Positions 1-14,038 of a stretch of DNA of 64,000 nucleotides are shown here, piece by piece; the stretch's first letter is position 1; each line of letters begins with the position of its first letter. The translations under genes were made by a program, and so were the position numbers. Below the pieces are notes generated by a model. It was not told the origin of the DNA, made no database searches, and saw nothing but the letters and a program-made list of their open reading frames with translations. Location: contig NC_069000.1 of NCBI RefSeq assembly GCF_001194135.2, positions 13,682,993-13,746,992 on the forward strand, written 5' to 3'. The DNA is from Octopus bimaculoides. Its lineage: Eukaryota.

Positions 1-602
1 TTTCCCAACTACTCTCACACACCTTCATAAAATGCAGGGTAGCCGTATATTTTTTTCAATAGCAAAACACCTGCACTCATCACTCTATCAAACTTCAACA
101 CCTGGCATAAAGCCATCCCACCACTCTCAAATACCTACCTCCACCACACACACACATACTTAGTTGAGGTTTATTTCTTTTTTTCTTTTCCTGTCATGCA
201 AATTACTTGGTAACCTCACTAATGCCAGAAGCACCAAGCACACACTGTAAAGTGGTTGGCATTAGGAAAGGCATCTAGCTGCGGAAACCATATCAAGGCT
301 GACACAGGAGCTTCACACAGCCCTGCAGCTCACCAGATCCTGTCAAACACATCTAGTCATAAAGAATATTACTTTACTTGGAAACAGGTGAAGGTTGGCA
401 ACAGGGAGGGCATCCAGTAGTAGAAAATTTATTTCAACTAATTCCGTCCAACCCATGCAAACATGAAAAAGTGAACTTTTGACAATGATGACAGAGAATG
501 CAAAGAAGCTTGTAGTTTGTAGATAAATAAATGTGCATTCATTGGCTTTTACCGTTTAGTATATGGAATTTACCAAAATTGTAATTTGAAATTGTCCATG
601 GT

Positions 603-822
603 TTAACTATGGCCTAAAGCAGCCATATCAGACCCAAATACTCTACCTGTTTGATATTCAAACCAACCAGATGCTGCCTTTCATGCCTACCTAAAATGTC
701 ATTCTAAAAATAAACAATCACATTATCAAAATCTCAAATATACAAGATAATGCATGATTAATTGAAAACCATTTGAATTAATAAGCATTAAGCTTCAGAG
801 AGTAATCTGAAATGCTAAAGGG
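603..822. mobile_element. Decayed piggyBac-type MITE
   Basis: Homologous to 38308-38488 (gccatatc..ccaaata.tctacctgttt..ttcaaac; ataatgcatgattaatt) and ends aatgctaaaggg|tta. Confidence 0.55.
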
Positions 823-3175
823 TTATGAATATAATCTTTGTTTCAGTAAACAGAGAATACTAAATATTCTTTGCTTCAGATTTTAATGCATCTCTGTATC
901 CAGTAGTAAGAAGTATTGTCCCTACTATCACAGACAGGATAGCAATATTTGATCAAGCTGAAACACAGTCCACTCAAGATAAAACAAATCTGAGGTCTTC
1001 AGAAAGCTACCTTAGATGTTCCACATATTTTAGACAATTTAATTTTTTTTTCTTTTCAAATCAGCAATGAAATAAAATGGATGGAAACTTGTCGATATGC
1101 AACAAAACAGCTTTCAATGAATCAATGTACCCAATTATCAAGCTTATTCTATCAAAATATTGATTTTATTGCAGACAAGGCTGCCTTCCATTATACCAAG
1201 AAGGACACGTTCTTTTGAGAATTACAAAACTTACATACATTAACATTTTCACTGATACAGATGGCAGTCAAAATTTCTGCCTCACTCTTCAGCAACACCA
1301 AGTTCCTAACAAAGCTGTTTACTTCGTGCAGTTCATAAAATATGAAGCTAAAATTTATTGGCTTCACAATACTGAGAATTACTGGACTCACTTCAACTCA
1401 CCTCGTATCTTGAAGAGCCACCTGGACACCTTGCCATTGATATTTATATTTACCTTTTTTGTATCTCCTACAGCACATGGTTACCCCTTCTTCTAAATGT
1501 GAGAAGCCATGTAACTCTTCTATCACAAGAATCTGCTTGATTCTCTCCCTCACTTTTTTCATACTTTACCATCTTATTTATGGGCTTAAAGGTGCTCAGC
1601 CATACCCCCTTAAGCTTCATAGTCTTGCAAGCTGCATGGTGCCCGTGGCAGAAAAATAAATGCCTATGTGACACCACATAAAAGTACCCATGTAGCGCCA
1701 TGAAAATGCCTCCACCACACTCTGTAAAGTGGTTGGCATTAGGAAGGGCATCCAACTGTAGAAACCACGCCAAAGCAGACACTGGAACCTGATGCAGTTC
1801 TTGGACTCATCAGATCCTGTCAAACGATCCAACCCATGCCAGTATGGAATGTGGATGCTAAATGATAATGATGATGATGATTTCTTGTATTTGCCAAATG
1901 CTTTTTAAGCCAGAGGTACATGACAAGCATAGCAATTGCAAACTGACAGTTGACCTTTTCTCTTCAACTGCTGCTGAATTTTCCCCAAACATAGCCAAAT
2001 ATTGCAGTACATGTGTATGATCTAACGTATTCTCTAACTTTCAATATTAAAATCAAAATAAGTGTAAATAAATTTTCCTTGTTGTGCAGCCCATAGTATG
2101 TGTGTGATACAAGTGTCCATTGTTGCATTACCATTGGCAGCTGACCCAAATTTTCCAGGTACAGATACATGCTCTCTCAAGACCAACAGATGCCTAACTA
2201 ACAAATGACCACATATATTACAACTAATAACATTTCAATTTTCTTCAATTTTAACTAGTCTACAATTTATGTTTCCACATCTAACATTTCCTATTTTAGG
2301 ATCTTTTGTACCATGGTGTAACTGACTATTTGAAATAATGCTATAGAGTATGAAACACTAGAGACATGATGGTAGAGTCAAATGGAAATCTATGTTTTAT
2401 AATCAACATTTACTATATGGTATATCAATATCCAACTTTTTTCAGATGTTACTTCAGATAACAGGATATCTTCTTCTAATAACAACTCTAAACAACGCTT
2501 CATTTGCTATTAATTAAATTGTTCTTGTTTATCTCCGCAAAAAAAAAATAAAATAAAATAAAGTAAAATAAAATATTGTATGAAACAACCAAGTTCAGAA
2601 AAACTTGATGAATTGGGGTAAAGAGAGACAGGTTACTCTTAAGTAATAGCTAAATTAATGAAAAAGAAGCCAATAGTCTCTTTGTACACATAAAGCTGTC
2701 ACAACATAATTAGATTGAAGTATAATCTATAGACAGGGTGTTTAGAAAGTTTGCACTGATATCTCTGTAGCAATCACAGGTTGTAGGAATGGTTTTGCAA
2801 GAAATTCTACAATGGTTACTACTACAACTAGGAATAACATTTCTAATCATTTAATCAAATAATGGTCTGACTTTGAATAATGTTATCCTATCTACAGCTG
2901 AGACGTAAAAAGCGGAGAACTTAGTAATGGTTTCTGATTTAAGAACAGAGCAAGCAATTTTTGAGATGGAGATTGGTAGTCAATTAGATCAATCCCAGTA
3001 CTTGACCGGTATTTTATGTTATTGACCCTGGAAGGATGAAAGGCAAAAAAATTAACCTTGGCAGGATTTGAACTCAGAATGTAAAAGAGCCAGGAAAAAA
3101 AAAAAAAATGCAAACGATAATTTTTCAAATGAGTCTGCCTACACCTCTTATGTTAACTCTCTCTTTCTCTATCTA

Positions 3176-3210
<35 letters not shown>

Positions 3211-3493
3211 GCCTGTCTGTCTGTCTGTCTATTTCATACTTGCTTTTGCCTACTCTCTATTCCATGCAAAGCATGACTAGTGAAAAGCAACCAGCAGTTA
3301 CATTTATATCAGCTATTATTATTATTATATAGAGACATGAAAGGCAGTCACAAGCAGGTCAGCATCAAATATGATGATACGAAAAGAAAAAGAAGATATT
3401 TTAACTTTATATTGAAACATTCAAAACCTCCTTCCCAAGAAGAGGAAGAAAAAAAAAAAGAAAAATGAAAATAATTTCAAAAAGTATACTTAC

Positions 3494-3635
3494 TCATAAT
3501 GAAAACCTATATCATGATTGCCAACAACAGCATAGAATGATATATCTTTGGAATGATGAAACATCTTTTTAAAACGATCGACATGATACTGGAATTCCTT
3601 ATCAGAACTCCATTTGCCTTCGTCAAATAAATCTC
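3494..3635 (-). CDS. MPPE1: MPPE1 third coding exon (142 nt)
   Basis: Acceptor tttttttaatag|GA GAT TTA TTT GAC...CAT TAT GA|GTAAGT gives (G)DLFDEGKWSSDKEFQYHVDRFKKMFHHSKDISFYAVVGNHDIGFHY(E), with the GD and GNHD metallophosphoesterase motifs. Confidence 0.95.
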
Positions 3636-3999
3636 CTATTAAAAAAAGAAAATATAGTGTTTTAGTTCCATCACAACTATATTCCACGTATCTAATCTAA
3701 ACAGTCATCATACTACTTTTTGTAGAAAACAGTCTAACCACTTGGACATGCACCTAATGAAGATGCGTGGCTCAATTGTTAGAGACTATGGTTGATAATC
3801 TCAAGGAATCTTTTTTAGTGTCAGCCCCAATGGTCACTGTATTGTGTGAGGAGAAAGAACTCCAGGAATCATTAGTTTTGAAAGACATAATGATGAGATA
3901 CTGTAACAAAAACACTATTAACAGGATATGTGATGCATCCATCATTAGTCATAATGATTGATGTACAACAGAAGAAACATGATGGTTTTATACTATATG

Positions 4000-4260
4000 T
4001 GATAGTTATCTTGCATATAATTGTAATATTATATTATACATAATTGTAACATTATATCATATATGTTATCTTGCATATAGTATAAATATCATATATAACT
4101 GTAACATCATATCATATATAATAGTTATCTTGCATATAATTTTAATATTATACTATACATAATTGCAGCCTTATATCATATATGATATTCTAATATCATA
4201 TCATACATATAATAGTAATCTTGCAAAGAATTGTAATATAAAATTATATATAATTGTAAG
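4000..4260. repeat. Degenerate AT-rich minisatellite
   Basis: GT(T/A)ATCTTGCA recurs at 4005, 4065, 4124 and 4215. Confidence 0.75.
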
Positions 4261-5642
4261 GCCGTGAGCTCACAGAATTGTTAGCATGCCAGACAAAATG
4301 TTTAGTGGCATTTCATTCATCTATATATTCTGAGTTCAAATTCCACAAAGGTTTACTGACTTTCATTCTTTTGGGGTCGATGAAATACAAACCAGTACTA
4401 GAGTGGTTATGGTTTTCCATAAACAACCTTGCCCAGACCTGAGCATTGGAGGGGAACTTTCTAGGTACTATCCTATGGTCATTCATGACCAATGGAGGGT
4501 CTTTACTAGGCTGGGGTTGATGGAAATGACTTACTTCCTCCCGCAAAACTTCAAGCCTTGTGCCCAAAGTAGAAAAAGCTAATTTACATATAATTGAAAT
4601 ATTAAATTTTATGTATATATTGCAGTGAACAGGCAAAACACTTAGCAGCATTTTATTTGTCATTATGTTCTGAGTTCAAATTCCGCTGAGGTTGACTTTG
4701 CCTTTCAATCTTTTGGGGGTCGATAAACTAAGTATCAGTTGATCACTGGTCAATGTAATTAATTTACCCCTTCCCTGAAATTGCTGGCATTGAGCCAAAA
4801 TTTGAAACTAATATTAAATTATATATAATTGTAATATAAAATAGTTAAAGATAATAAATTTAGAATATATAAGGAAAAGGAAATAAAAATAGACCAGCAG
4901 TATATTATTGGTGTGTGTGTGTGTGTGTATCAGCATCTGTGTATTTTGAGCAAAGAGCATTTAAGCTGTCCTACTCAGACAATTGATTCAGTTACCTGTT
5001 GAAGCAGAGCAGTCTTCAGATGTATTGACTTAATACCCAGAGTAAGACTACCATTCAATCCATTATGTTTATCTAATACATATATTGGAAGATTACAGAA
5101 GAAGAATTTCTTTTGTATGTAATTTTTCCAATGCTCTTTAAACCATTTGCTAAATTCTTGATAGTCTTTTTAATCATTATCTAATCTTTTAGACTGCGGT
5201 CATGCTGGGGTACCACCTTGAAGAATTCTTCTTTTTTTTTTTTTTGCTTTTCAATCAAATAAATCTATCCCAGTTCTTATTTTTTGTATAAAGCCTGGTA
5301 CTTATTCTATCAGCCTCTTTTGCCAAACTTATAGGTTATTGGTAAGTAAACACATTCTTTTAGTTTCTGTCTACCAAATTCACTCACAAGGCTTTGGTTA
5401 GACTGAGGCTACAGTTGAAGGCACTCGCCCAAGGTGTCATGCAGTGAGACTGAACCTGGAACCATGTGGTTGAGAAGCTAACTTCTTACCACATAGCCAT
5501 GCCTGCACCTATATATTCTATATATTCTAAAGATAAGGTTCCATGAGAATTGCACATGGTCCTTCCAAACATGTCATACATTTTCTTTGTAAAAAGAGAA
5601 AAATATGTAATTTCAGAACTTGAAGAATAAAACATTAGTTAC

Positions 5643-5713
5643 CTAAAACAAAAACTACATCTGGACTATGGATGGACAAGCTGGTTTGAAAGGATCTCTG
5701 CATTTGCCATTCT
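5643..5713 (-). CDS. MPPE1: MPPE1 second coding exon (71 nt)
   Basis: Acceptor ttttctttttag|A GAA TGG CAA ATG CAG AGA TCC TTT CAA ACC...GTT TTA G|GTAACT gives (R)EWQMQRSFQTSLSIHSPDVVFVL(G), matching MPPE1 EWQMERAFQT...VVFILG. Phases fit both neighbouring exons. Too short for the ORF track. Confidence 0.93.
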
Positions 5714-8260
5714 CTAAAAAAGAAAAAGAAAACTTTGAATCAGACTCAATAGAAACATCAAAAAGCAATATTTTACATTAGTTAAATAACATTGAACACA
5801 GACAATTTTATTCCAGTTTCCATCTACCAAATCCACTCATAAGGCTTTGGTTGACCCAAGACTATAGTAGAGGGCACTTGCCTAAGGTTCCACAAAGTGG
5901 GACTGAACCCGGAACCATGTGGTTTGGAAGCAAACTCATTGGGTGGAAGTACTAAACAGCTTGCTAGTTCAGAGAAAGCAGTATCTAGCAGAGTGAAAGA
6001 AGCAAAGAGAAGCAGTGAGTAAATATTTGCCAATCGATCAGAGGGCATAGTTTTGGGTATGGATTAAGAGCTTCATGCATGTGTAGCACCAGCAGCAGAC
6101 ATTTGAGCAATATCGTAATGTAAGTTATATATGCATTCTATAAGATCAGTAACTAACCAGAAGCGAATTATTTATTCTATGGCCATGAACAGAACCCTAG
6201 TGGGAGGTAATTTTGACATTTTGGTTATTAATAACACTTTGCAATAAGCTTTCAATATTAATTTTGATATTCATTTTTGTTTTATATATATAGATTGATA
6301 AAAAAAATGAGAAGAAAAACAGCATAATGCTGATCATTATGCAAAGGCTTTCAACTGTCTTTCGGTTTCGAAAATCATTCCACTCGTTACATATTATTAT
6401 AATATAAACGCAACATTTTGTGGGGAGAAATAAAGAATCATGTTAAAAAGAAATATATTCTAGCAACATCATACATAAAATGCATGTAATAAGGATTCGC
6501 TTTATGTAACAACTGTGGATGTTTTCGGCTGATCACATCAACAAAAAAAAAAATTCAAACAGAAAGTTATTATTTCTAATGAATACACACACACAGATAG
6601 ATCCCACCCATAAAAAAAAAAGTAAAATAAAAATATAAAAAAAACTGTATTCATTTTAACTCAGCAATAACATTATCATGGAAAAAGTGTGTGTGTGGGG
6701 TGGGGGGAATAAAACTAAGAACGAAGAATGGAAACAAAAAAAATAAACAAACGTGGGAAATAAGCATGCTGAGAATTAAAAAAGTATTGAATGTAAAGAA
6801 CCAGCTGGTGTCAATGTGACACTTGTAAAGAAACCTATTCATATAAGCAGAAACAGATAACAATGTCTGTATTTTTCAGACATCTGTTAATAGCAGCAAT
6901 ATTTTGAGCAAGTCTGGATATAGAATCCAGTACTGTAATGAGACTCTTGCAGTTGCCACAGGACAAACTATACAGATTGCAATAGTGTATAGACTCAATG
7001 TAAAAAGATAAAGAGTTTCATTAAAAGATTATAATCTTAAGAAAACATACAATCAAATAATCTGTAAAATGCACTTGGACATGAGAGCAAGGAAAATTTA
7101 CTAAATCTTCAGATTGATTTCTATGTTGTATTATGTGAGAGTTTTGCATTAAGGAAGAGGAGACTGTTGCAATGGCTCTGCATAAGATAGCCTATGAATA
7201 TTTGTACATAGAAACAAAGTCAGTGATTTTAAATGCTTTCATTATATTGATTTCTTTCTTTGACATAAGAAACTTGAAGGAGATGAGGGTATCAACTGGA
7301 TCCATTCCAGTTCAAGTTTGCTACACATTTTATGAGCCCTAACAGAAAGAAAATCAGAGTCAACATCAAAAGAGTTTGAGCTGACAACATAGAAAATGGA
7401 AGTCAAGTACATTTATTTCAGTATCCTAACATTTATGACACTTCTCTATCTCACATTACAGATTATATTGAAGAAACGATACAGTAAATATATTTCAATA
7501 TAAAACTTCAAATAAACGAAATATTTTTCTCTGTAAAGCCATTTTATAATTTGAATCTGAAGTATTTCATTTACGTATGTGTGCATGCACACAATGCATG
7601 CGTGTGCACATATGCACTGTAGTATATACACATTTTTCTTCCAAATAACAAGCATCTTCCACTGATCAGGTGAAATGCTATTGCAGTAACTGCTACTCTT
7701 CATACATAATTATCATGTCACGGTAACCCAAATTGTATGTAATTCTGTTTTCAATAACTTCACGATTAAGTAATTGCATCTCCACTGATCAACAACCTTA
7801 CTTTATGATCACAAGATTTTCCCAGACAACAGTAACAATGACAAATATAATTGATAGCCTACTTTGGATGGGATGGGATAGGATATGATGGAATCCTCCT
7901 CCATCAATTGTTTGACACCAGTAAAATATTTTCCGTTCATTAGAATTACTAATGCTAAGAGTTGAGCTGTAGGCAATGACTCAATGACAGTTCAGTCACC
8001 GTTTAAGTAAATGGTGCTTACTGGTGATGAATCATATCTAACAGAAACAGTTAACACTCCTAGGAATTTTCAAAACTCTTTCATGACTTTCCAAATATCC
8101 GTTTTGCTCTGCTACGACAAATGGAATTGTCATTTTCAGAAATATTAATACATTGTTGGTTCAACTGCTTTTATAGTTGATTATAGTGATTTTTATGAAT
8201 GTGCTTCCTAAGAACACAGCTGTGAAGTGTGAACCTGTATGACAAGAAAGTAGACTGAGA

Positions 8261-8490
8261 GGCGGTGAGCTGGCAGAAACGTTAGCATGCCGGGCGAAAT
8301 GCTTAGCGGTATTTCGTCTGCCGTTACGTTCTGAGTTCAAATTCCGCCGAGGTCGACTTTGCCTTTCATCCTTTCGGGGTCGATAAATTAAGTACCAGTT
8401 ACGAACTGGGGTCGATGTAATCGACTTAATCCCTTTGTCTGTCCTTGTTTGTCCCCTCTATGTTTAGCCCCTTGTGGGCAATAAAGAAAT
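8261..8490 (+). mobile_element. Young SINE-like insertion (family B)
   Basis: Perfect 17-bp TSD AAGAAAGTAGACTGAGA (8244-8260, 8491-8507), CpG-rich, B-box-like GAGTTCAAATTCC. Decayed relatives lie at ~2985-3100(-), 4260-4400, 4600-4810, 24865-25080, 33945-34093(-) and 59900-60090(-). Confidence 0.9.
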
Positions 8491-11042
8491 AAGAAAGTAG
8501 ACTGAGAAAATCAGAGTACTGTGTCCGGACCATTCGACCAGTCTTCTTGCCTATTAGCTTCACAACTGTGTGTGTGTGTGTGTGTGTGTATTTCTTGGCA
8601 TCAAATGTAATACATGCAGATGGATACTGTATGCTAGTTATGGGAGTTTCGATGGAAGAGTACTTTCAGTGAATATTTGGGATAAAGTAGCTGGATTGAA
8701 TCTGGAGTGAACCTCACTACCTCATGGGTGAGATACTATAGAATTAAAAATGCATGTAAAGACACTCTACAGCAGACTCTCGCATTTCTATTATCTAATC
8801 CATATTCACATGCAAACACACACACACAGAGAAGAAAGAGAGACAAAGACCATATCAAGAATAGATTTCCATGGACAATTTCTAAAACATATGTATGTAT
8901 TATTTTTTTTCTATTAGTAATTATTTCATGTAAAACAATAGATTTGTTTCAAGGACAATGTCAGTATCATTAATATGAAATAATTTAATCTGGATTTATC
9001 ATTGTTGAGGATTAAATATTCAATGAGTTGAAATCTACCAATGTATGTTATAAATCAACTATACACAGAAAAAATACCATGCTAATCAAATCAATATTGA
9101 AGATGCAGCATAGTGAAAATAAAATGCTAAATATAATGTAAGAGAGGCAATGCAGAATAAAATGACATACCAGTTAATACAAAATGACAAGCCTGGTTGG
9201 AAATAAAATGTATTTCTAGTCAGAAATAAATGCTAGAGTAACTGAGCTATTTTGTGAGTGACTATCAATGATTATATCCATAACGGAGGGGAAAGAATAG
9301 AAAGTCTCTGACTAAAATGATTGACATAAACTTTCTGTATGTAGCAGAACATCCAAACCACATATGTAGATGTATGATGATATTATTACCAAGTATAATT
9401 TGTTCTCTTTCACTGCTTACAGACACGCTCACACACGCAACTGTATGTGCATATTACATTTTTTTCTGGAAGAACTGAGGCAGAAGCAAAAGTGTCAGAT
9501 GAGATACTCTACCATAATTACTCTTTTACTTTCTTTACAAAATGTTCTCAGTTAAAAGCTTATGTCCCCCCACAACCACCACCACCACCACTTATAGTTA
9601 GGATCAAAGATTTGTAACCTCTGCCTGACAGAAAAATTCCACATCTGTCAACCTTACCTAATCTTGAATTAAAAATTTAAAAAAAAAAAAATTTGTATTT
9701 TCAATACATTCCTAAATTCTTTGTTGAGAATTTCAATGCAGACACCCATCCTCTGCTGTATAACAGACAACAACTGATGACCAACACTACTTAGACTCAA
9801 GCTGCTATTCTCCAACCTGCTGACTTGTAGGTTCAGCTGACTGAACAAAATAGTTTGGGATGATATAATCCCTGTTTAATTTCACATGTATATATATATA
9901 TATATATGTAGAGTGACAGAATAAAATTCTGTCTTTGCACAAACTGCAGTTGAAGAGACTAACAGTTACAGAAACACCATGACATCCAGCAAGAGTAATC
10001 TTAAGATGAATATTCAATATTTTCTCTATATGGTATATTTGAAATTCATTCTTTATTATTATTCCATTTATAGAAACAAATGTTAAAGCACTGACTGACT
10101 TAAGTACTATTCTCTATCATAAAAAGATGCACATGGATTGTACATGATTAAAAGATGATGACGGTGGAGGTGATGATGATGATGATGATGATAATTATGA
10201 TGACGATATACAATCACTGATTTGTTTAGATGAATTGAGATGCACACCTTTTTATGACAGAGAAAGCTTCTGGATATTTTAAAGCATTCTAACATTATAA
10301 TTCTGAAGGTGATTTTCGTTATCCCACAAAGAAAGAAGTTATTTTCTGATGTTATATAAATGTTCTTCTTTTTGTCCATCCCATGTTGTTTTACATAACA
10401 ACTAATACTACCATGTATATTGGCAGAGCAAGATTTTGCATTTTGGTGACCCTGTAAGAGCAGGTGCTACTTAAAAGCACCTAGTCCACACTGTAAAGTG
10501 ATTGGTGTTCAGAAGGGCATCCAGCCATCAAAACCTTGCCAAAACTGACCTTGCCTGTGCTTGTGCCACATAGAAAGCATTAAGCCCACTCTGCTGAGTG
10601 GTTGGTGTTAGGAAGGGCATCCAGTTGTAAGAATCCTACCAAAACAGTGACAGAAATGTGGTGCAGGCTTCCGCCTGGCTGGATCTTGTGAAACTGTCCC
10701 ACCCATACTAGCATGGAAGGTGGACGTTAAACAGTGAAGATCATGATGAAGACACAAACAGTTGCTGAAACATCATGATGCCTTGTTAGGGTAATTTTAG
10801 ATAGTTGTCATCATCATTGTTTTAAAGTCCACTTATCCATGCTTGCATGGATCAGACGGAATTTATAGCTGAGTACCTTTCCTGTGGTCAACCCTCACCT
10901 GTTTCCAAGCAAGATAATATTTTCCCATGGTCAGATATGTTTCCACAGGATACCCAAAATGGCTGACACTGCTTCTATGGCAGTGACACTCGTTTACAGC
11001 TGCTACACAATGTCAAAACAAGGAGACACAAATATACACATA

Positions 11043-11085
<43 letters not shown>

Positions 11086-12609
11086 ACGAGCTTCTTTCAG
11101 TTTCTGACTACCAAATCTACTCATAAAACTTTGGTCAACCCAGGGCCAGGCCATGCAGAAGGACTGAACCCAAAACCATGTGATTGGGAAACAAATTTCT
11201 TAACCATACAGCCAAACCTGCACCTATAATATACCATGCTTTCTTTATGCGACATATCCGAATTTCACACTTTATATCTAATTTCTCATTCAGAGAGACA
11301 TTAGATTGGAGCCTGGTGTTGCCATCCGGTTTCACCAGTCCTCAGTCAAATCGTCCAACCCATGCTAGCATGGAAAGCGGACGTTAAACGATGATGATGA
11401 TGATGATTAAAGACACTAATCACAGCAGCGAATAACTCAGTCTGGTACACTATCAGCAAACAAACACCTCATCTACATACATCAAAATCTTCTCTATTCA
11501 TCTGTTTATCATGGACATGTAGGTGGGCTAGATGGGTATATTGCTGGATAGGTGGATGAATAGATGGGTGGGTGTCGGGTATGTAGAAAGACAGATACAT
11601 TAAATTATAACCAATGAAATTTGCTATTTCTCACAATTTTGACATCAATGCACCAAACTACTCACAAATAGTCAATAAAGAAAAACAACATTGATAAAGT
11701 GGTTTTAAAAACAATAAGTATTTTCTGTCTACAGGAATGCTATAGAAACAGTACGAACTGCTGTTTCTAATTACACTTAATTAAAAAATAAAAACTATTC
11801 TAATTGATTCCATAAAAATATTCTAATAGTGATATAGAAAAATACATAAAACGTTGTTGTAATTAATTATTTACAAAAAAAAAAAAAAAAAAANNNNNNN
11901 NNNAAAAAAAAAAAAAAGAAAAATCCAAGAAGTGACATAACAGGGAAATACATAAATAAGCTACTGTAATAGATTGCTTACCAAAAAATTTCTAAGTGAC
12001 ATAATAGGGGAGATATACATAAATCAATGTTGAAATCTCAAATCAGTTTTAGCACTGGAGATGCAACCAAACAAGAAATTTTAATGAATTAATTAAAACT
12101 GATGAGATGTAAAAATGAGAAAGGAAAAATTCTATTGTGAATGTTATTTCAAAAAAAAAATCAATGGTCAAAGCATATTAAAAACTTCTGCTATCTCTAC
12201 AAGTATCGCTCTCACTTGCTTCAGACAAATTGATCGGTGCTTAGTACTAGCTATTCTACCAATGTCCAACTTAGCAAAGTATCCTGCCCCAGATTGAAGT
12301 TTGCAACAAGAAATAAGTACTATAAACATGTACAGTTCATAAATGTTTATGCTAAGTATCAATAAAAACTATTGATGAACATAAATTGAGTGAATGTTAA
12401 TCAAAATCTAATAATTAGGAAGCACCAGAAAACACCACAAAGTCACAAAGGAATATTCCAATACTACAAATTATTTATACTAGTTTTAGTCATTGGGGAA
12501 ATGGCCTTCAAGGATTAGTAGTTAATCATATCTGCGCTTGTGCTTATTTTATCAAACCATTTACTGAATAGCCAAGTTATTTTCTGATGTAAAGGGACAC
12601 AATTTGATG

Positions 12610-13166
12610 CAGTAATCACTCACCATGTGGCGGTTCACCTAACATGTCCCCAGTACATTGCGGATTTTTCTGGCTAATATATGCAAATTTATATCGCAGA
12701 CTCCTCAGTATATCACAGGTTTCTGTGGCTGATAGGTATTCATATTTTTTTTAGATTATTTCTGTGGTAAAATAAACATTTTAATGCCAAAAAAATTAAT
12801 AAATAAAAATACAGTAGAGTACTGTAGTGTATAATGCATTAATTAAAATATATCAAAAGAAAATGCGTAGTGTACCATAGATGAGTAAACAAAGAATCGC
12901 ACATACAGTAGTATGGAAAACGAAACTCGAGAGGGGAGTGTGTGGTGCTGTTTTGCATTTCTGTGTAAAATTGTGAATTTATTTCAAGCCCTACGATGTC
13001 ACCCAAACGTTCTGCGCCTTCTAAGGCTTCTGGCAGTGAACCCAAGTGCCAGAGGAAGAAGCTTACTAAAAAGAATATGCTGTACAGTACTGTTTCTACC
13101 TCATGGATTTTCACCTATCGCAGGAGGCTTTAGAATATAACACCCGTGATAGTTGAAGGATTACTG
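12610..13166 (+). mobile_element. Non-autonomous Tigger/pogo-type element
   Basis: Ends are CAGTAATCACTC... and ...GAAGGATTACTG|TA. An internal MSPKRSAPSKASGSEPKCQRK resembles a Tigger transposase N-terminus. Confidence 0.7.
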
Positions 13167-13990
13167 TACATTGTTTTACACCCACACACACATATCCATA
13201 CATGACATGCTTACAAACTGTTTCAGCTTACAAAATCTCACTCACAAGGTATTGGTCAACCCAAGGACAGAATAAAAAATACCCTGAGCTATTGAACCTG
13301 GAGCCATGGTGTTGTGCAAACAATGTCTTAACTACATGAGTACACCTACTCCGATAAGTAATTATTAATTTATGATCATTAAAATTTATATTTATGAAGC
13401 ATCAAGCACCTCATGATTCCATTCCTACACATTTTATGGCTGTTGCTGCTTGCCTCATTACCATTCATACTAAATTACAGATGTCAACACTTTAGATTTA
13501 ATTATTTAAAATTTCTTATACAAATATATTTTTTATGTTCAAAATTTAAACTTCTTTCAAGAAAAGAAACAATTAAACACCTCACTAAAAATCTACATTT
13601 CTATCATTTGAAATCTTATATGTAGATATCTTTTACAGTCCAAACTATAAATCATCTTTATCATCATCCTTTTCCTCATTTAACATCCACTTTTTCATGC
13701 TTGCATGGGGTGGATGGAACTTTGCTGAGGCAGATTTTCTACAAGCAGATGCCCTTTCTGCTGCCAAACTTCACCTATTTCCAAGCAGGGTAATATTTCC
13801 CATGGCCGGATTTTTCTACTCACAGAAGGCTGGCAACTACATTGCTTGTATGGCAATGATGCTCGTTTTCACAACCATCATGTGATGTCAAGACAAGGGT
13901 GTACACACAAACACACATATACACACACACATCTATTCATATACATACATATTACACACCTACACACACACACCCTATATATATATATAT

Positions 13991-14038
<48 letters not shown>

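Noticed and set aside
1215-1496. 93-aa plus-strand ORF, considered as an exon
   Set aside because: No recognisable family motif, no match to the expected next MPPE1 exon on either strand, and no convincing donor.
1795-1815. CTGATGAGTCC on the minus strand, resembling a hammerhead start
   Set aside because: No downstream GAAA or stem II partner; it is a mutated part of a family D copy.
3767-3961. 64-aa ORF near exon 3
   Set aside because: Antisense to MPPE1, with no homology or splice support that I can recognise.
10155-10280. Poly-Asp coding-like stretch
   Set aside because: A (GAT)n microsatellite bounded by in-frame stops.
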